DNA of 64,000 nt from Eledone cirrhosa (Eukaryota). A program made the translations under genes and the position numbers. This document shows, one piece after another, positions 42,106 through 56,212 of the stretch. Under the pieces are notes generated by a model that searched no databases, was not told the origin of the DNA, and saw only the letters and a program-made list of their open reading frames with translations. The DNA lies in contig OZ024740.1 of the NCBI GenBank assembly GCA_964016885.1, forward strand, positions 95,666,001 to 95,730,000, given 5' to 3'. Numbering within the stretch: the stretch's first letter is position 1; each line of letters opens with the position of its first letter.

Positions 42106-42930
42106 ATATATTTATTGATAATAACAACAATTCAAAATTACAGGTCTGTTTGGGAACAGAGTTCAAATTGACCAATGAAAACACAAAAAGTTTATACAGT
42201 TAGGTGTGTGTATATATGTAAGTAACTTCGTTCACAGATATGCATAAAAATATATATGTTCACATGCATACGCATGCCGAAATGATGTATGTAAATACAA
42301 AAATTCAAGGCTAATGTCTCTGTATGTTTATAATCTACAGATAAAATACGTATACGCATATAAACATATAAATATAAAAATAAATATATACACACATTCA
42401 TATACTCACACATATACGTACATTCACACACACTCGCGCGCATACGCATAAACATACACACAACCACGAACATACATACACACACACACCCCCACACACA
42501 TATATGTGTATATACTATTATCATAAGCATATGGACATTAATGCGCGCACATAAACACTGCCACACATATTTAGATCCAGATACAGAAAGTAGGTTAGGG
42601 GGGGGGGAGAAGAGGTCAGTATTTAGCGGTGTCAGCAAACTGCCTATTTATAAATGTATCTATAAATTTAGAAATAAAAAGAAAAAGAAAAAAGAAATAT
42701 ATTAAGAAAATATATATATATATATAGTATTAGTTATACTATTTATGGTTATGTAAACACAAAACCTTAAGCAGTTGTAAGTATTTTACACACACCCTAA
42801 ATAGTGGTAGGCAGTAAGGTATTACTACCTTATTACCAGTAAGTTAAGTAGCTCAATGTAAAAACATCAGATGATTTACAGAGCAGTTATATGAAATATA
42901 AGAATCAAAGAACTGTTCAAAACATTATTG

Positions 42931-42977
42931 TGCTTACAGCTGTTTCCTCCAAACCGAGGTTTGGATTCTTCGGAGCA
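42931..42977 (-). ncRNA. Type I hammerhead, U4C core variant (PLE B tail); the copy at 46944-46990 (+) has GAAA>GAAC
   Basis: TGCT-CCGAAGA-aTCCAAACCtcGGTTTGGAg-GAAACAGCTGTA-AGCA; palindromic stem III ACAGCTGT, GUA triplet. Confidence 0.7.
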
Positions 42978-44413
42978 ATTTATTAATGCATGGACAGTTA
43001 TATGACCTCCTTTTCAGCCGAGAGACATACCAAATACATATTCAAACATTGATACATATTCAAACATTGTGGGTCAACATTCATTACAGAATTTAGAGTG
43101 GCAGTACACACTTCGAGATTACATTTATATTACAATCAAAAATCAAAGATATAGGTTAAAGTACAACATGAAGATAAGTGGTTATATAGTGCAAATGTTA
43201 TATGTGTGGCACGCATGTGCGTCTTGTTTATATAGTGTGGCAGAGAGATATGTGTGGTAGAGGCACTTAGGTAGGTAAATAAGAGTGTTAGGTTGGTAGG
43301 TCTGGTGGCAAAGTCTTTATATGATTGATATAGTCTGTGTGTGGAGAAATATTATAAGCATTAAAGATAGTGCAAGCATTAAAAGTGTTATAAGTATTGG
43401 AGATGCACAGCGCAGGGATGTCAAGTAATTCATGTACTTCGGCATTTTCATGGTCAAGGGAGTGTATATTTCGATTATATGCCTTTCACATAATCCACGA
43501 CAATCCAGTTAGAGATCGTAGTCTGGTGTTCTTTAGTTCGATACAGGAGGTTGTTACGTTTCGAGAAACGCCATTGAATACCGGAAGTGTGTGTGTGGCT
43601 AAGGGGAGTTAATGCATGCGGGGAGGTAACTCTGGGGTTTCTATATCTAGCCATTAAAATGTGTCCCAATATAGACCCTAAATTCTATGGTGAGGTGCAC
43701 CTTCCAAGAGAGACTTTTAAAGCATAAAGTGTACTAACTATAGAGTAGTTTAACTAAATTATGCTGAAGGTGATCATATTATTATTAAGGTGGATTAACC
43801 CATCTTAAGGTGCTACAAATGGAAATTATAGATGATGAGCGAGGATTCTAAATTAATGATCTCTGTGGTTGTAGTCTGCTCATATGACCAGGCGCGGTGA
43901 TTGCAGGATTGCTTCAGGACCCAATGATCTGTGGTAAGATCTGGGTCATCGCTTGCTACATTGGATGTCGAAAGATAATCGTCCCCAGGCAGGCCAAAGG
44001 TCAATCCGCAGTCCTCGCGACCCCTCTCTGACCGTCAGATCATCCATATACGTACAACCCGCACGGCAGTTGCATTGCATTCACTCACTGCGCTCAGCAG
44101 CCCGGTCCTACTGGTCAACAGCGCTACTCGATTAAATCATTTTACATCTGTCTAAGGAAGGTGTTTCCTCTGCCCAACACCATCCAACCGATCAATTCAT
44201 GCTCAAATTACCCTTAGAGCGGTGTAGTGCCATCAAGTGGGTGGATGTTGTCACACCTGCCGTAGAGGTATAAATGGGTATTTTCCCTGCGAAGGGTTCC
44301 AGAGGGATGTCGTTGTTTGTGTTATAATGGATCAGCTAGTGTTGGGTATGTAGTATAGGGTGTGTTTCTGGTGTTTGATGCTAGATGTGGTGTTAGGTTC
44401 CAGTCCGACATTG

Positions 44414-46258
44414 CTATATATAGGGCTTAAAGTTTTGGAAGGAATGTCTGAGGCGGTGCGGGCAAGTTGCAAACACCTCAGATTTTTTGTTAAGTAGGTT
44501 ACGGTTGGAGAAGATAATATTGTGTGTCTCTAGTATACAGAGGTTACAGAATTTATTAGGTGGTTTGTACGAGGTCGCGCTGCCTATCACTTCCCATTTG
44601 AGTGTGTATGGTTTATTTTTAGATTTTAGATAGTGTATGTAGCTAGAAAGTGAGGTGGAGTTGGCTAGGCTGTGCTTTTTGAACGAGTGGATGTGCGAGT
44701 TATATCTGATTTTGAAGCAGTTAGAAGTGGAGCCTACATAGGTTTCTGAAGAGTTATTAGTCGTGACTGTGCATGAGTATATGACATCCTTGGTTAGGCA
44801 TTTTTTATCTAAAGGGCAGGTTCTATTAGCTCTACAGTTACAATTATTCTGTGCGTTAGTCCGCTGGTTATAATGCAATGCGGAAGTCTGTGTGGTGGAT
44901 ATAGGATTTTGGGTGTTCGGGTTGGCAACCCTGGTGTTATTACTTATACTAGTGTTATTTCTATTGTTACTGCCGTTGCTATTGTTGCTTGCTACAGTGG
45001 TATTTAGAGGGTTTGCATCCTGTTGTGATTTTGTTTGTTGGAAGTAAGAACTAATTTTACTATTATTGCTGCTAGCTATGTGGTATGCTAAGTTAGGCGT
45101 CGTAGAGTATGAGATTTTAATGGTGTTTTTGTTTAAGAGGTTGTGGTACTTGTGTCCTAGAGGGAAGTTTTTATCTAGTAGTGAGAAGAAAGCCCTAGGT
45201 ATGTTGGTGGAGACATTTAGGTTGAAAGGAGGGTTGAAAAATGTATTATTTCTTCTTCTATTTTTGCTTTTAGTGTTTGGTGTGTTGCTTCCTCCTAAGG
45301 CCTCACAGTAGTTTCCATGGTAATGGTTACTTCCTGTGGCACCCTCCGCTTTGGTGTACTTGTGGTTGCTATTCCTATTATTAGATTTCCTCATGGACAT
45401 GTTGTGCGAGATTATGTTGTAGCTATGTGTTTTCTTAGGTAGGAACTCAATTTCTATATTATGGCCGGAGCTAGCTAATGCTTGATTGTAATATTGTGAG
45501 TTTTTGCTAAATATGTTTGCGTCATAGGACAGACTAGAGATTCTATTGGACACCCCCTTAGAGATAGAGTTTAATATTGATCTAGGGTGATTAGACTTGG
45601 TATCTACGTAAATAAGTTTCTCATTAGGCTTATGGAAAGGTGTATATATTTTTGAGTCTAGGTATAGTGTGGCGTCTAGGAAGTTAACATTTTTAGTGTT
45701 TTTGTCCATGGTGATACTAAGGTTAAAGTTTTTGAATGTCTTATGCAGTTGTTTTCTAGTTCTTTCTATATTAAATTGTTTATATTCTATGAGTAGAAGT
45801 GCATCATCGCGGTACAAACCACCGTTGAGGTAAGGGAGGTCTTTATGGATTTCATTGAGGAGGTATAGGCCGACCAAATCAGTGACCTGCGCCGAGTCAC
45901 TAGATCCCATGGTTATGTCGAAGTTGTTGTGCGTATCCTTGCGTGTCCATAGTTGGTCCTCGAAGGTGATTATGGTTTTACGGGCCGCAAGGATGACATC
46001 AACCTGGGCTCTAGTCAGGTCGCTATTGGTCGTGGCCATGATAAGTGCCTTATTTAATAGGATAGGGGAAATAGAGGTGTAGTATGAATTGATATCAAAT
46101 TGAATAAATTTTTTGTTCTTATTATTCTTGATATCCTTAAACCATTCAATTACTTCACCCGTATTTCCCCATTGTTTAAGGTGTATCTTGTGTTTAATTT
46201 GTGGGATGATTTTATCCAAAATCTTCTTGCTGATAATACCAATGTCGGACTTGGAAGG
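44414..46258 (-). CDS. PLE B reverse transcriptase + GIY-YIG endonuclease, uninterrupted but N-terminally truncated
   Basis: FDINSYYTSI, ITMGSSDSAQVTDLVG, YRDD, NFLD, SNHP, CNCRANRTCP, VIY..TYVGSTSNCFKIRYNSH, CNLC..E, LLNK..E..CPH. Confidence 0.92.
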   Translation of the reverse strand, partial: PSKSDIGIISKKILDKIIPQIKHKIHLKQWGNTGEVIEWFKDIKNNKNKKFIQFDINSYYTSISPILLNKALIMATTNSDLTRAQVDVILAARKTIITFEDQLWTRKDTHNNFDITMGSSDSAQVTDLVGLYLLNEIHKDLPYLNGGLYRDDALLLIEYKQFNIERTRKQLHKTFKNFNLSITMDKNTKNVNFLDATLYLDSKIYTPFHKPNEKLIYVDTKSNHPRSILNSISKGVSNRISSLSYDANIFSKNSQYYNQALASSGHNIEIEFLPKKTHSYNIISHNMSMRKSNNRNSNHKYTKAEGATGSNHYHGNYCEALGGSNTPNTKSKNRRRNNTFFNPPFNLNVSTNIPRAFFSLLDKNFPLGHKYHNLLNKNTIKISYSTTPNLAYHIASSNNSKISSYFQQTKSQQDANPLNTTVASNNSNGSNNRNNTSISNNTRVANPNTQNPISTTQTSALHYNQRTNAQNNCNCRANRTCPLDKKCLTKDVIYSCTVTTNNSSETYVGSTSNCFKIRYNSHIHSFKKHSLANSTSLSSYIHYLKSKNKPYTLKWEVIGSATSYKPPNKFCNLCILETHNIIFSNRNLLNKKSEVFATCPHRLRHSFQNFKPYI

Positions 46259-47029
46259 CCATTTTAATGGCTAGATATAGAAACCCCAGAGTTACCTCCC
46301 CGCATGCATTAACTCCCCTTAGCCACACACACACTTCCGGTATTCAATGGCGTTTCTCGAAACGTAACAACCTCCTGTATCGAACTAAAGAACACCAGAC
46401 TACGATCTCTAACTGGATTGTCGTGGATTATGTGAAAGGCATATAATCGAAATATACACTCCCTTGACCATGAAAATGCCGAAGTACATGAATTACTTGA
46501 CATCCCTGCGCTGTGCATCTCCAATACTTATAACACTTTTAATGCTTGCACTATCTTTAATGCTTATAATATTTCTCCACACACAGACTATATCAATCAT
46601 ATAAAGACTTTGCCACCAGACCTACCAACCTAACACTCTTATTTACCTACCTAAGTGCCTCTACCACACATATCTCTCTGCCACACTATATAAACAAGAC
46701 GCACATGCGTGCCACACATATAACATTTGCACTATATAACCACTTATCTTCATGTTGTACTTTAACCTATATCTTTGATTTTTGATTGTAATATAAATGT
46801 AATCTCGAAGTGTGTACTGCCACTCTAAATTCTGTAATGAATGTTGACCCACAATGTTTGAATATGTATCAATGTTTGAATATGTATTTGGTATGTCTCT
46901 CGGCTGAAAAGGCGGTCATATACCTGTCCATGCATTAATAAATTGCTCCGAAGAATCCAAACCTCGGTTTGGAGGAACCAGCTGTAAGCACAATAATGTT
47001 TTGAACAGTTCTTTGATTCTTATATTTCA

Positions 47030-47350
47030 TATATATATATATATATATATACATACATATATATATATATATAAACAAGTAAAATATAAAATATACATCG
47101 ATATACATACATATACATATATATATATATATATACATATATATACACATACATATACATACACATATACATAAACACATACATACACATACATATACAT
47201 ACACACACCATATAAATACACATACACATACACGCACGCATACATATAGAGACACATACATATACACATATAAATACATAGACATATACACATATACACA
47301 CATATATATATAAACATACACACATACATATATATATATATACATTCACA

Positions 47351-47400
<50 letters not shown>

Positions 47401-47486
47401 CTACACACATATATAAACACACTCATGTATATACACACATACACATACATACCCACACATATATATATATATATATATATACATAT

Positions 47487-47561
<75 letters not shown>

Positions 47562-47623
47562 CATACACACATATACACATACACGTATACAAACATATAT
47601 ATACACATACACACACACATATA

Positions 47624-47670
<47 letters not shown>

Positions 47671-47938
47671 TATACATACATACACACACATACATACTCA
47701 TACATAGACATACATATATACACACATACATATACGCATATATACACATACATATCCATGTATGCGTATATACATACAAACACCACCACACGCTCACACA
47801 ACTCAGACATACATAAATAAAGGGATATACATACACATATATACATATATAAATAGAGATACATATACACATATAAATATATACACACGTACACACACAC
47901 ACACACATACACATACATACACACATACATATATATAT

Positions 47939-48001
<63 letters not shown>

Positions 48002-48099
48002 CATATATATAAAAAAATAAAGAAATAAAAGAAATAAATAAATAAATAAATTAATACACACAGTCAGACAAATATGCCCACACATACATATACACATAT

Positions 48100-48142
<43 letters not shown>

Positions 48143-48182
48143 CATATACATACATATATATATACACATAGGCACATCAACT

Positions 48183-48222
<40 letters not shown>

Positions 48223-48341
48223 TCACATATACATGCGCACATACGTACATATATACACATACACACATATACACATAGACGTATACATGTGCATACATAT
48301 ACATACTCACATATACCCACATAAATACATAGATACATATA

Positions 48342-48386
<45 letters not shown>

Positions 48387-48420
48387 ATAAATATATATAT
48401 ACACACAATCATACACCCTT
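47030..48420. repeat. Complex TA/CA low-complexity region within the PLE C tail (47030-48055 mirrored at 51445-52510)
   Basis: Mixed TA/CA/TACA runs with shared unique anchors such as CACCACCACACGCTCACACAACTCAGAC. Confidence 0.9.
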
Positions 48421-49055
48421 ATTTACATGCGCACATTTGTATTTTTATACCCACATACAAACACCCAAACATACATACCTACCTACATATACATACATAC
48501 ATCCACGCTTACAAATACAAATAATAATAGGGGGGAGGGGGGAGGGGATTATAGTAAATATAGGTTTCAAGAAACATAGAATATTAATCTGCATTTAGAT
48601 CATAATATGTGTTTACATAGTAGTTTCAGTATTAGGAAATGTAAGAAAGAAGGCAAAATTATGCATTTTAATATAAGTAGACTATTAATTATAGGTTAAC
48701 TAAATTAAAGATAGTTAATATATTGTTTTCTAAGGTGTATACTACTTAGGTTTATAATATTTGAAGCGGAATTTTGAAGTTAAATAGTAGTAGAGTATTA
48801 ATTATAGTATAACTAAATTAAAATTATCAACGTTATGGTATCAATATTAGGAAATGAATTTAGTAATAGGGAAAAAAACAAATAAAGTATTACATCGGTA
48901 GTAGAATATAAATTATAGGTTAACTAAATTAAATATGATATATTAATTTCTATAGTATATGTTAACTAGGTTTATAATAACTAAAACAGATATTGTATTT
49001 TATCTATAGTAGAATATAATTATAGGTAAACAGAAATTAAAATTAATACATACAC

Positions 49056-49158
<103 letters not shown>

Positions 49159-49652
49159 TATACATACATATACATATTTTTTCAAAACTTGCAAAGAATA
49201 TATTAACTAGGTATGCATCCAAAACCTATCTCAGTCTATGATTACATGACACTCTGCAATCCATCTGTATTAGGATATTAATTTTAAGCCAATTAAATTA
49301 AATTTTTAGGTTAACCAAATTTAAAACCAAATTATAAATATATTTCTAAAATGTACATTAATTAGGTCTATAATATTAAAAATTATTTCTCTGTCATTGA
49401 ATACACGATATTTTGTTATATTTTATCTGTAAAGGAATTTTAATAAAAATATTTTAATAAAAGGTTAAATAAATTAAAATTAATCTATAAATTAATTTAC
49501 GAAGTATATATTAGTAATATTTAAAAGTTTTTCACAATTTATGATTACACAATATTTTATAATCTCATCTGTAGTAGAATTTTAATTAAATTAAATTTAT
49601 AGGTTAACTAACATTTAAATTAAATTATATATTAATTTCTAAAATAATGTTA

Positions 49653-51445
49653 TTAATTAGGTTTATAATATTTAAATGTTTTTCTAAGTTTATGATTACA
49701 CGATATAATTAATTCCTGTCGTTTATTTAATAGGATATCCTTAGATTTCATTATTTCAAATAGTTCTTGGGAACATAATCTACATTCATTTCTATTATTT
49801 TGATAAGGGGTGGCTCTTTTGAGCACACTCCAGGTCATATCATATTCTATATTCTTATTTTTATAACTATTGATTTTTTCTGCTAGAGATGTTGTATTAG
49901 CCAGTGCGACATTTTTAAAACTATGTTTGTGGGTATTAAACCTTACCTTAAAATTGTTAGAAGTAGCTCCTATATATGAGCAAATATAATCTTTAGTTTT
50001 AACATTACATTTATAAACTATGTTGTTAACAAGACAATTTCCTTTTAATGGGCAGTTTGCTTTGTTTCTACAGTTACAACCTTTCGTTAATTCTGTATTT
50101 GAGGAGATATTATGGTTAGTTTGGTGGTATACTTATGGTATTCTTACATTTATATGCATTATAGGCACTTATATTTTGTTTTATGTTATTTGTTGTTGAG
50201 TATGAGAATTTAACTGTAGACCTATTTAAGATTTGATGGTATTTGTGGTTTGGCGGGAAGTTTTTCTCTAGGATATAAACAAATTTTTTAGCAATATTAT
50301 CCTTAATTTGTAAATTAAATGGAGCATTATACCAAGTAACTCGTCTATTACGGTTTCTATGTTGTTTATTATTTTTATAGGTTGTATCGTGATGTTTACT
50401 AGGAGGATTAATGTTAATGATCTCACCACGCACATTTTTAGTTAGATTTGTAGATTTAGATGTTTTATCTTGTTTATTAGGAGTTTTATTATTAACATTT
50501 ATTAGAGTTGTATGATGAGTAGTTTTTTGAAAGTTACTATACTTTATATTAGAAGAGTTGTTGGTATTTTGGGGTATAGTGTGGGTGGCATTTAGGTGTG
50601 TACTTTTCATTTGGTGTTTGGTGGTAATATTAGGTTGTATGTTTATAGTATTTTTAGTAGAAGGTATATATTCTAATCTATTTTTGTGGCCACTTCTATC
50701 TAGAGCTTCGTTATAGAAGGTCGCATTTTTATCAAATACATCTTGGTTAGAAGAAAGGTTAGAAATTCTAAGTGATATATTATATGCAAGGTTTTTAAGG
50801 ATAGATTTAGGGTGATTAGATTGTGAGTGTATGTAGTGTAAGTTTTGGTTGGGTTTATGGTAAGGTTGGTAGATACCCGTAGCTAAGTCTAAAGTTATAT
50901 CTAGGAAATTTACTACTTTACTTGTTTTTTCAAAAGTAATATGAAAACTATAATAGTCTTTAAGGAAAGTTCTAATATGCTTTTTTTTTTTTTATATTTC
51001 TGAAAGGCTAAGGTTGTTGGAAAGAAGAAGACAGTCATCACGATATAAACCACCTTTAAGGTGGGGGAAGGAGGCATTTATGTTGAAAAGGAGAAAGAGG
51101 CCCACAAGATCAGTAATTTGGGCGGAATCGCTTGAACCCATAGTAATATCAAATAGATTACTATATGTGTTTCTGGTCCAGTATTCATTCTGAAATTCAA
51201 TAAGTGTTAGTCTAGCATGTGTAATAATATTAATGTCATCCAAAGTTAAGTTAGATCTATTTTTAGCAAATATCAATGCTTTGTTCAAGAGTATAGGTGA
51301 TATAGAAGAATAGTAATTATCTATATCAAATTGTAGAAATGAAGCAGAAGATTTACATCTAATATTTTTAAACCAGTTAATTACCTGGGAAGTGTTTTCC
51401 CAGAGTGGTAAAATAACGTGTTTTCTTATTTGTGGGATGACTCTA
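49653..51445 (-). pseudogene. PLE C RT-GIY-YIG ORF, disrupted and 5'-truncated
   Basis: RVIPQI, ITMGSSDSAQITDLVG, YRDD, NFLD, SNHP, CNCRNKANCP, SYIGATSNNFKVRFNTH, CRLC; frame breaks at ~50992 and ~50116. Confidence 0.9.
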
Positions 51446-51498
51446 TTAATTTATTTATTTCTTTATTTATTTTATTTCTTTATTTTTTTATATATATG

Positions 51499-51589
<91 letters not shown>

Positions 51590-51879
51590 ATATATATATG
51601 TATGTGTGTATGTATGTGTATGTATGTGTGTGTGTGTGTGTACGTGTGTATATATTTATATGTGTATATGTATCTCTATTTATATATGTATATATGTGTA
51701 TGTATATCCCTTTATTTATGTATGTCTGAGTTGTGTGAGCGTGTGGTGGTGTTTGTATGTATATACGCATACATGGATGTGTATGTATGTGTATATATGC
51801 GTATATGTATGTGTGTATGTATGTGTGTATATATGTATGTCTATGTATGAGTATGTATGTGTGTGTATGTATGTGTATA

Positions 51880-51914
<35 letters not shown>

Positions 51915-51979
51915 TTATTATATGTGTGAGTGTATGTGTATATATATCTTTGTATATGTGTATGTGTATATGTGTGTAT

Positions 51980-52029
<50 letters not shown>

Positions 52030-52111
52030 ATATGTATATATATATATATATGTGTGTGGGTATGTATGTGTATGTGTGTATATACATGAGTGTGTTTATA
52101 TATGTGTGCAG

Positions 52112-52165
<54 letters not shown>

Positions 52166-52370
52166 TGTGAATGTATATATATATATGTATGTGTGTATGT
52201 TTATATATATATGTGTGTATATGTGTATATGTCTATGTATTTATATGTGTATATGTATGTGTCTCTATATGTATGCGTGCGTGTATGTGTACGTGTATGT
52301 ATATGGTGTGTGTATGTATATGTATGTGTATGTATGTGTTTATGTATATGTGTATGTATATGTATGTATA

Positions 52371-52423
<53 letters not shown>

Positions 52424-52474
52424 GTATGTATATCGATGTATATTTTATATTTTACTTGTTTATATATATATATA

Positions 52475-52514
<40 letters not shown>

Positions 52515-53111
52515 CTTAATATATTTCTTTTTTCTTTTTCTTTTTATTTCTAAATTTATAGATACATTTATAAATAGGCAGTTTACTGACACCGCTAAAT
52601 ACTGACCTCTTCCCCCCCCCCACCTACTTTCTGTATCTGGATCTAAATATGTGTGGCAGTGTTTATGTGCGCGCATTAATGTCCATATTCTTATGATAAT
52701 AGTATATACACATATATGTGTGTGGGGGTGTGTGTGTGTATGTATGTTCGTGGGTGTGTGTATGTTTATGCGTATGCGCGCGTGTGTGTGTGAATGTACG
52801 TATATGTGTGAGTATATGAATGTGTGTATATATTTATTTTTATATTTATATGTTTATATGCGTATACGTATTTTATCTGTAGATTATAAACATAAAGAGA
52901 CATTAGCCTTGAATTTTTGTATTTACATACATCTTTTCGGCATGCGTATGCATGTGAACATATATATTTTTATGCATATCTGTGAACGAAGTTACTTACA
53001 TATATACACACACCTAACTGTATAAACTTTTTGTGTTTTCATTGGTCAATTTGAACTCTGTTCCCAAACAGACCTGTAATTTTGAATTGTTGTTATTATC
53101 AATAAATATAT

Positions 53112-53264
53112 TTCATTATTTCTGAAGACGGCATATATATGTGTTGGTATGTATATTTAATTTTGATAGTTTGTATAATTTTGTATAATTTTGTACATAG
53201 ATCTGTGAATATGCATGCCAATTCTAACACATATATATCCTAGAAACGATCGTTAAATAATGAA
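53112..53264 (+). ncRNA. Type I hammerhead with very long stem II (inverted tail of PLE C)
   Basis: TTCATTATTT/AAATAATGAA 10-bp stem I; CTGAAGA; ATATATATGTGTT/AACACATATATAT and GGTATGTATATT/AATATGCATGCC in stem II; GAAACGATCGTT. Confidence 0.78.
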
Positions 53265-53460
53265 CTTTTTTTGTTTAATATAAGGAACTGTTTCATTGTT
53301 TTATTCATTATTTTTTTAATATATTATCTTGACTCTGTATTCCGTTTATCTTTCACCGAAAGTGATTTTTCATTGCATCTCTTCTTTCCATGATGTCCGG
53401 ATTACATTGAGTTCTTCATACGGATTGGACACTACCGTAAACTCTTGGTAGATTTATCTA

Positions 53461-53461
53461 C

Positions 53462-53492
<31 letters not shown>

Positions 53493-53502
53493 CATATATA
53501 TA

Positions 53503-53596
<94 letters not shown>

Positions 53597-53720
53597 TATA
53601 TATATATATATATATATATATTCATATATATATATATATATATTCATATATATTCATATATATATATTCATATATATATATTCATATATATATATATATA
53701 TATATATATTCATATATACA
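53461..53720. repeat. (TA)n with TTCA interruptions
   Basis: Direct reading. Confidence 0.95.
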
Positions 53721-55307
53721 CATATCACATTTATCTGTACTCTGTTCAAACCTGATTCATGTCATCGAAAATACAAACATAATTTATGCCGTACACAATA
53801 ATTAACGGTCTTGTGAACTTTTGCAATCAAGCCAGTACATTTAGGATAACTGTTCTTTCAATATCAACACATCTATAGGTAAATAGCATTGTATGGTGAT
53901 TATTTAATCGTGAGTACTCCCCTTTGACAGTAATATACATCTAGCGGAAAGCTTGGTGTACATGAGAGCTACATGAATATTAATGTGAAATATTTTTTTC
54001 CATTGTGGTCTTTCAGCAAACATTGCAGCATGGATCCAATCGCTCTTCTGTATTCATGTGTATATGTAAATGCGCATGTGTGTCCACATTGCTTGCTCAC
54101 ACTCTCGTCTAGTGCGATATATTATACATTAATAGAGCTACTATATGTCTATCAGTTATTGCTGTATAAAGATGTACATCTTCACCTACTCAGTCAGGAG
54201 CTGATGTAAACCTGCATCTTAACGTATTATTTTATATATGTGCTCTTTCGATATTACACTACTGTTTTTCTTTACCAGAATAACATTTTCACTTTGAGTG
54301 TATTTATGGTTTCCTAGTGACATTGATTGACAGTGCTAGCATGCTGATATAATCGGCTTTTAAAAGATATTTTATCAATACATTTAAAAACCACATCGTA
54401 AAAATATATTCTCCTTAATAACGGAACAATTTTAGAAGTCATTTAATGCATAATACATTATTAACAATATAAATGTCAGTATTGAGGAAAACAATAGTTA
54501 TTATGTTACATAACACAAACATCCCTCAATTAAATACTACCTGACGAAGATTCATGTAGTTTCCATGTAAAGTCCTGTAATTTGTAAGATTGGCTTATCG
54601 AACAATATGTGGTACAGTACCAGGAAGCCTAATTAAATGTCGATTAAAGTATTATGCGGGCGTTTTAGAGCATTTTCACAATGAATATGCTATATCACAC
54701 TCAAATGTTATTCGTCGAACCAAATAAGGAGTATAGTTTATCCACATCACATGACTTGGTCCTTTCTGAGTAGCCATAGGCCAACCATGTTGAACTTACT
54801 CCAGGAAAGACATCCAGTAATGTGGAAAACAAATTTAATTAGCTGAGAACAATATATTCAGTGACATTTCAAATTGAGAATATAAATCATGCGTGACACA
54901 CATTATTATAAGATACGCCACTTTGTTGTATATTGTGTTCAAAGATTCTAACAATTCCCAATAAAATTGAAATGACGTATTTCCTGAATAAGCGCTTGAA
55001 TCAACCGAATAAAAATAGATACTAACATAGAAAGTTCAATTCTGTTGTATACTACCACCAACATATTTAAGAGACCTCAACCCGAAATAAGTATATATAG
55101 GTTTTCTTTGGAAGACGCCTATTGGGGATGTGTAAGTAATAATGTATCATGTGCATACATATATTGATTTTATCCATTTGCTTAATCGCATTTACTGCAT
55201 TACGGAGTTTGTCTATCCTGTCATTTTCAGTATCATAACGATACTACTGAAGTTCACGATCTTTGTTTGGTAACACTTATTCGCCTGTCACTATATATAT
55301 ATATATA

Positions 55308-56195
55308 TGGTGATAGAACAATGGAAGGTAATATCTGTAGTGGTAGAGCAATCAGTCCATGGGACGAGTTTGGTAGAAGTTGTTACACAACAGTTAGTTC
55401 ACCATATCGAGAGCAATTGTTTCACCTTAGCTGATACTCAGCTCGTAATTGACATGGTTCTATGGAACAGGAAGGAAAACCGTACGAACGCGCCTGCGCA
55501 GAAGCGGTCACTTCCCTCGGGCAATACTTAATTGCGTGCGAGATGTGTAAGGGAGATAACTGCGAAAGTCCGAAAGTTTCTAGTTGATAAAAAAATTAAG
55601 ATGTTGTAATTCAATGCGGACTTGTGTGGCTATGTAAGAGGTGTTTCCAGACGTGTGGACAACGTGTGAATAATTCATAACTTGAGTTTAGGGAATGGCT
55701 ATTGCGTAATCTCTTTAGAATATTTATTCGATCATCAATACATTGTCCACACGACTGATTGCCCCTTGCGTTTGGCTTGGAGTTAGTGATGGATTTCCAA
55801 TGAATGGAGTAGTCTATACTTGAGTCCTTGAGGGACCATACGTGGCTCTCGAGTTTCGTGTTTGAACATCTGTCCGGGTACCTAAAGGTCGACTAGTTGT
55901 TCAGGAAGCGTTGCTTAAATAGGCCCTCCGCCATACCCACATAGGAATTCACCTCCTGTGGTTGATTTGCTCGGTTGGAAGTGACCACAGCTTCAGAAAT
56001 TACAACGGGTGTGTTGCATTGCTGTTGAAGGGGACAAGCTTCGGGCTTACGGCAAAAGCACCCTGGTGGCTGTTGCTCTTAGGGTTGTTCGTTATGTGGG
56101 CCTTCATGTTCTTAGCGCAGGAGTATACTAGTTTTACTTTGTGTCGGTTAAAGATGGAGCGGTATTTATGTTGAAATAACTGTTGTGTAACCACT
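55308..56195 (-). mobile_element. Decayed 3' fragment of a Hydra-type-like PLE with hammerhead remnant at 55408-55445
   Basis: HKYRSIFNRHKVKLVYSC; YVGMAEGLFKQRF; HVWSLKD..IDYSIHW; reverse complement CGAG-CTGAGTA-...-GAAACAATTGCT-CTCG; TA-flanked. Confidence 0.75.
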
Positions 56196-56212
56196 TCTAT
56201 ATACATATATAT

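Larger units (their letters stand above)
42727..47030 (-). mobile_element. Penelope-like element B (Hydra-type-like), 5'-truncated, with ~770-bp inverted tail, nested in the TA tract of PLE C
   Basis: ORF 44414-46258; 42889-43662 is nearly identical to the reverse complement of 46260-47032 (identical spurious ORFs on opposite strands). Confidence 0.93.

Noticed and set aside
43069-43669. Identical small ORFs on opposite strands (43069/46661, 43397/46309)
   Set aside because: They are a consequence of the inverted duplication and have no coding signature.
44402-46251. 12-bp inverted match AGTCCGACATTG between the PLE B stop region and its 5' truncation point
   Set aside because: A 12-mer match of this kind is plausible by chance within several kb.
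42889-47032. Long inverted repeats as terminal inverted repeats of a DNA transposon
   Set aside because: They flank an RT-GIY-YIG ORF, are asymmetric (one copy extends further) and duplicate the 3' tail, which is typical of PLEs.
54536-54560. CTGACGA core-like motif
   Set aside because: No downstream GAAA or three-way junction.
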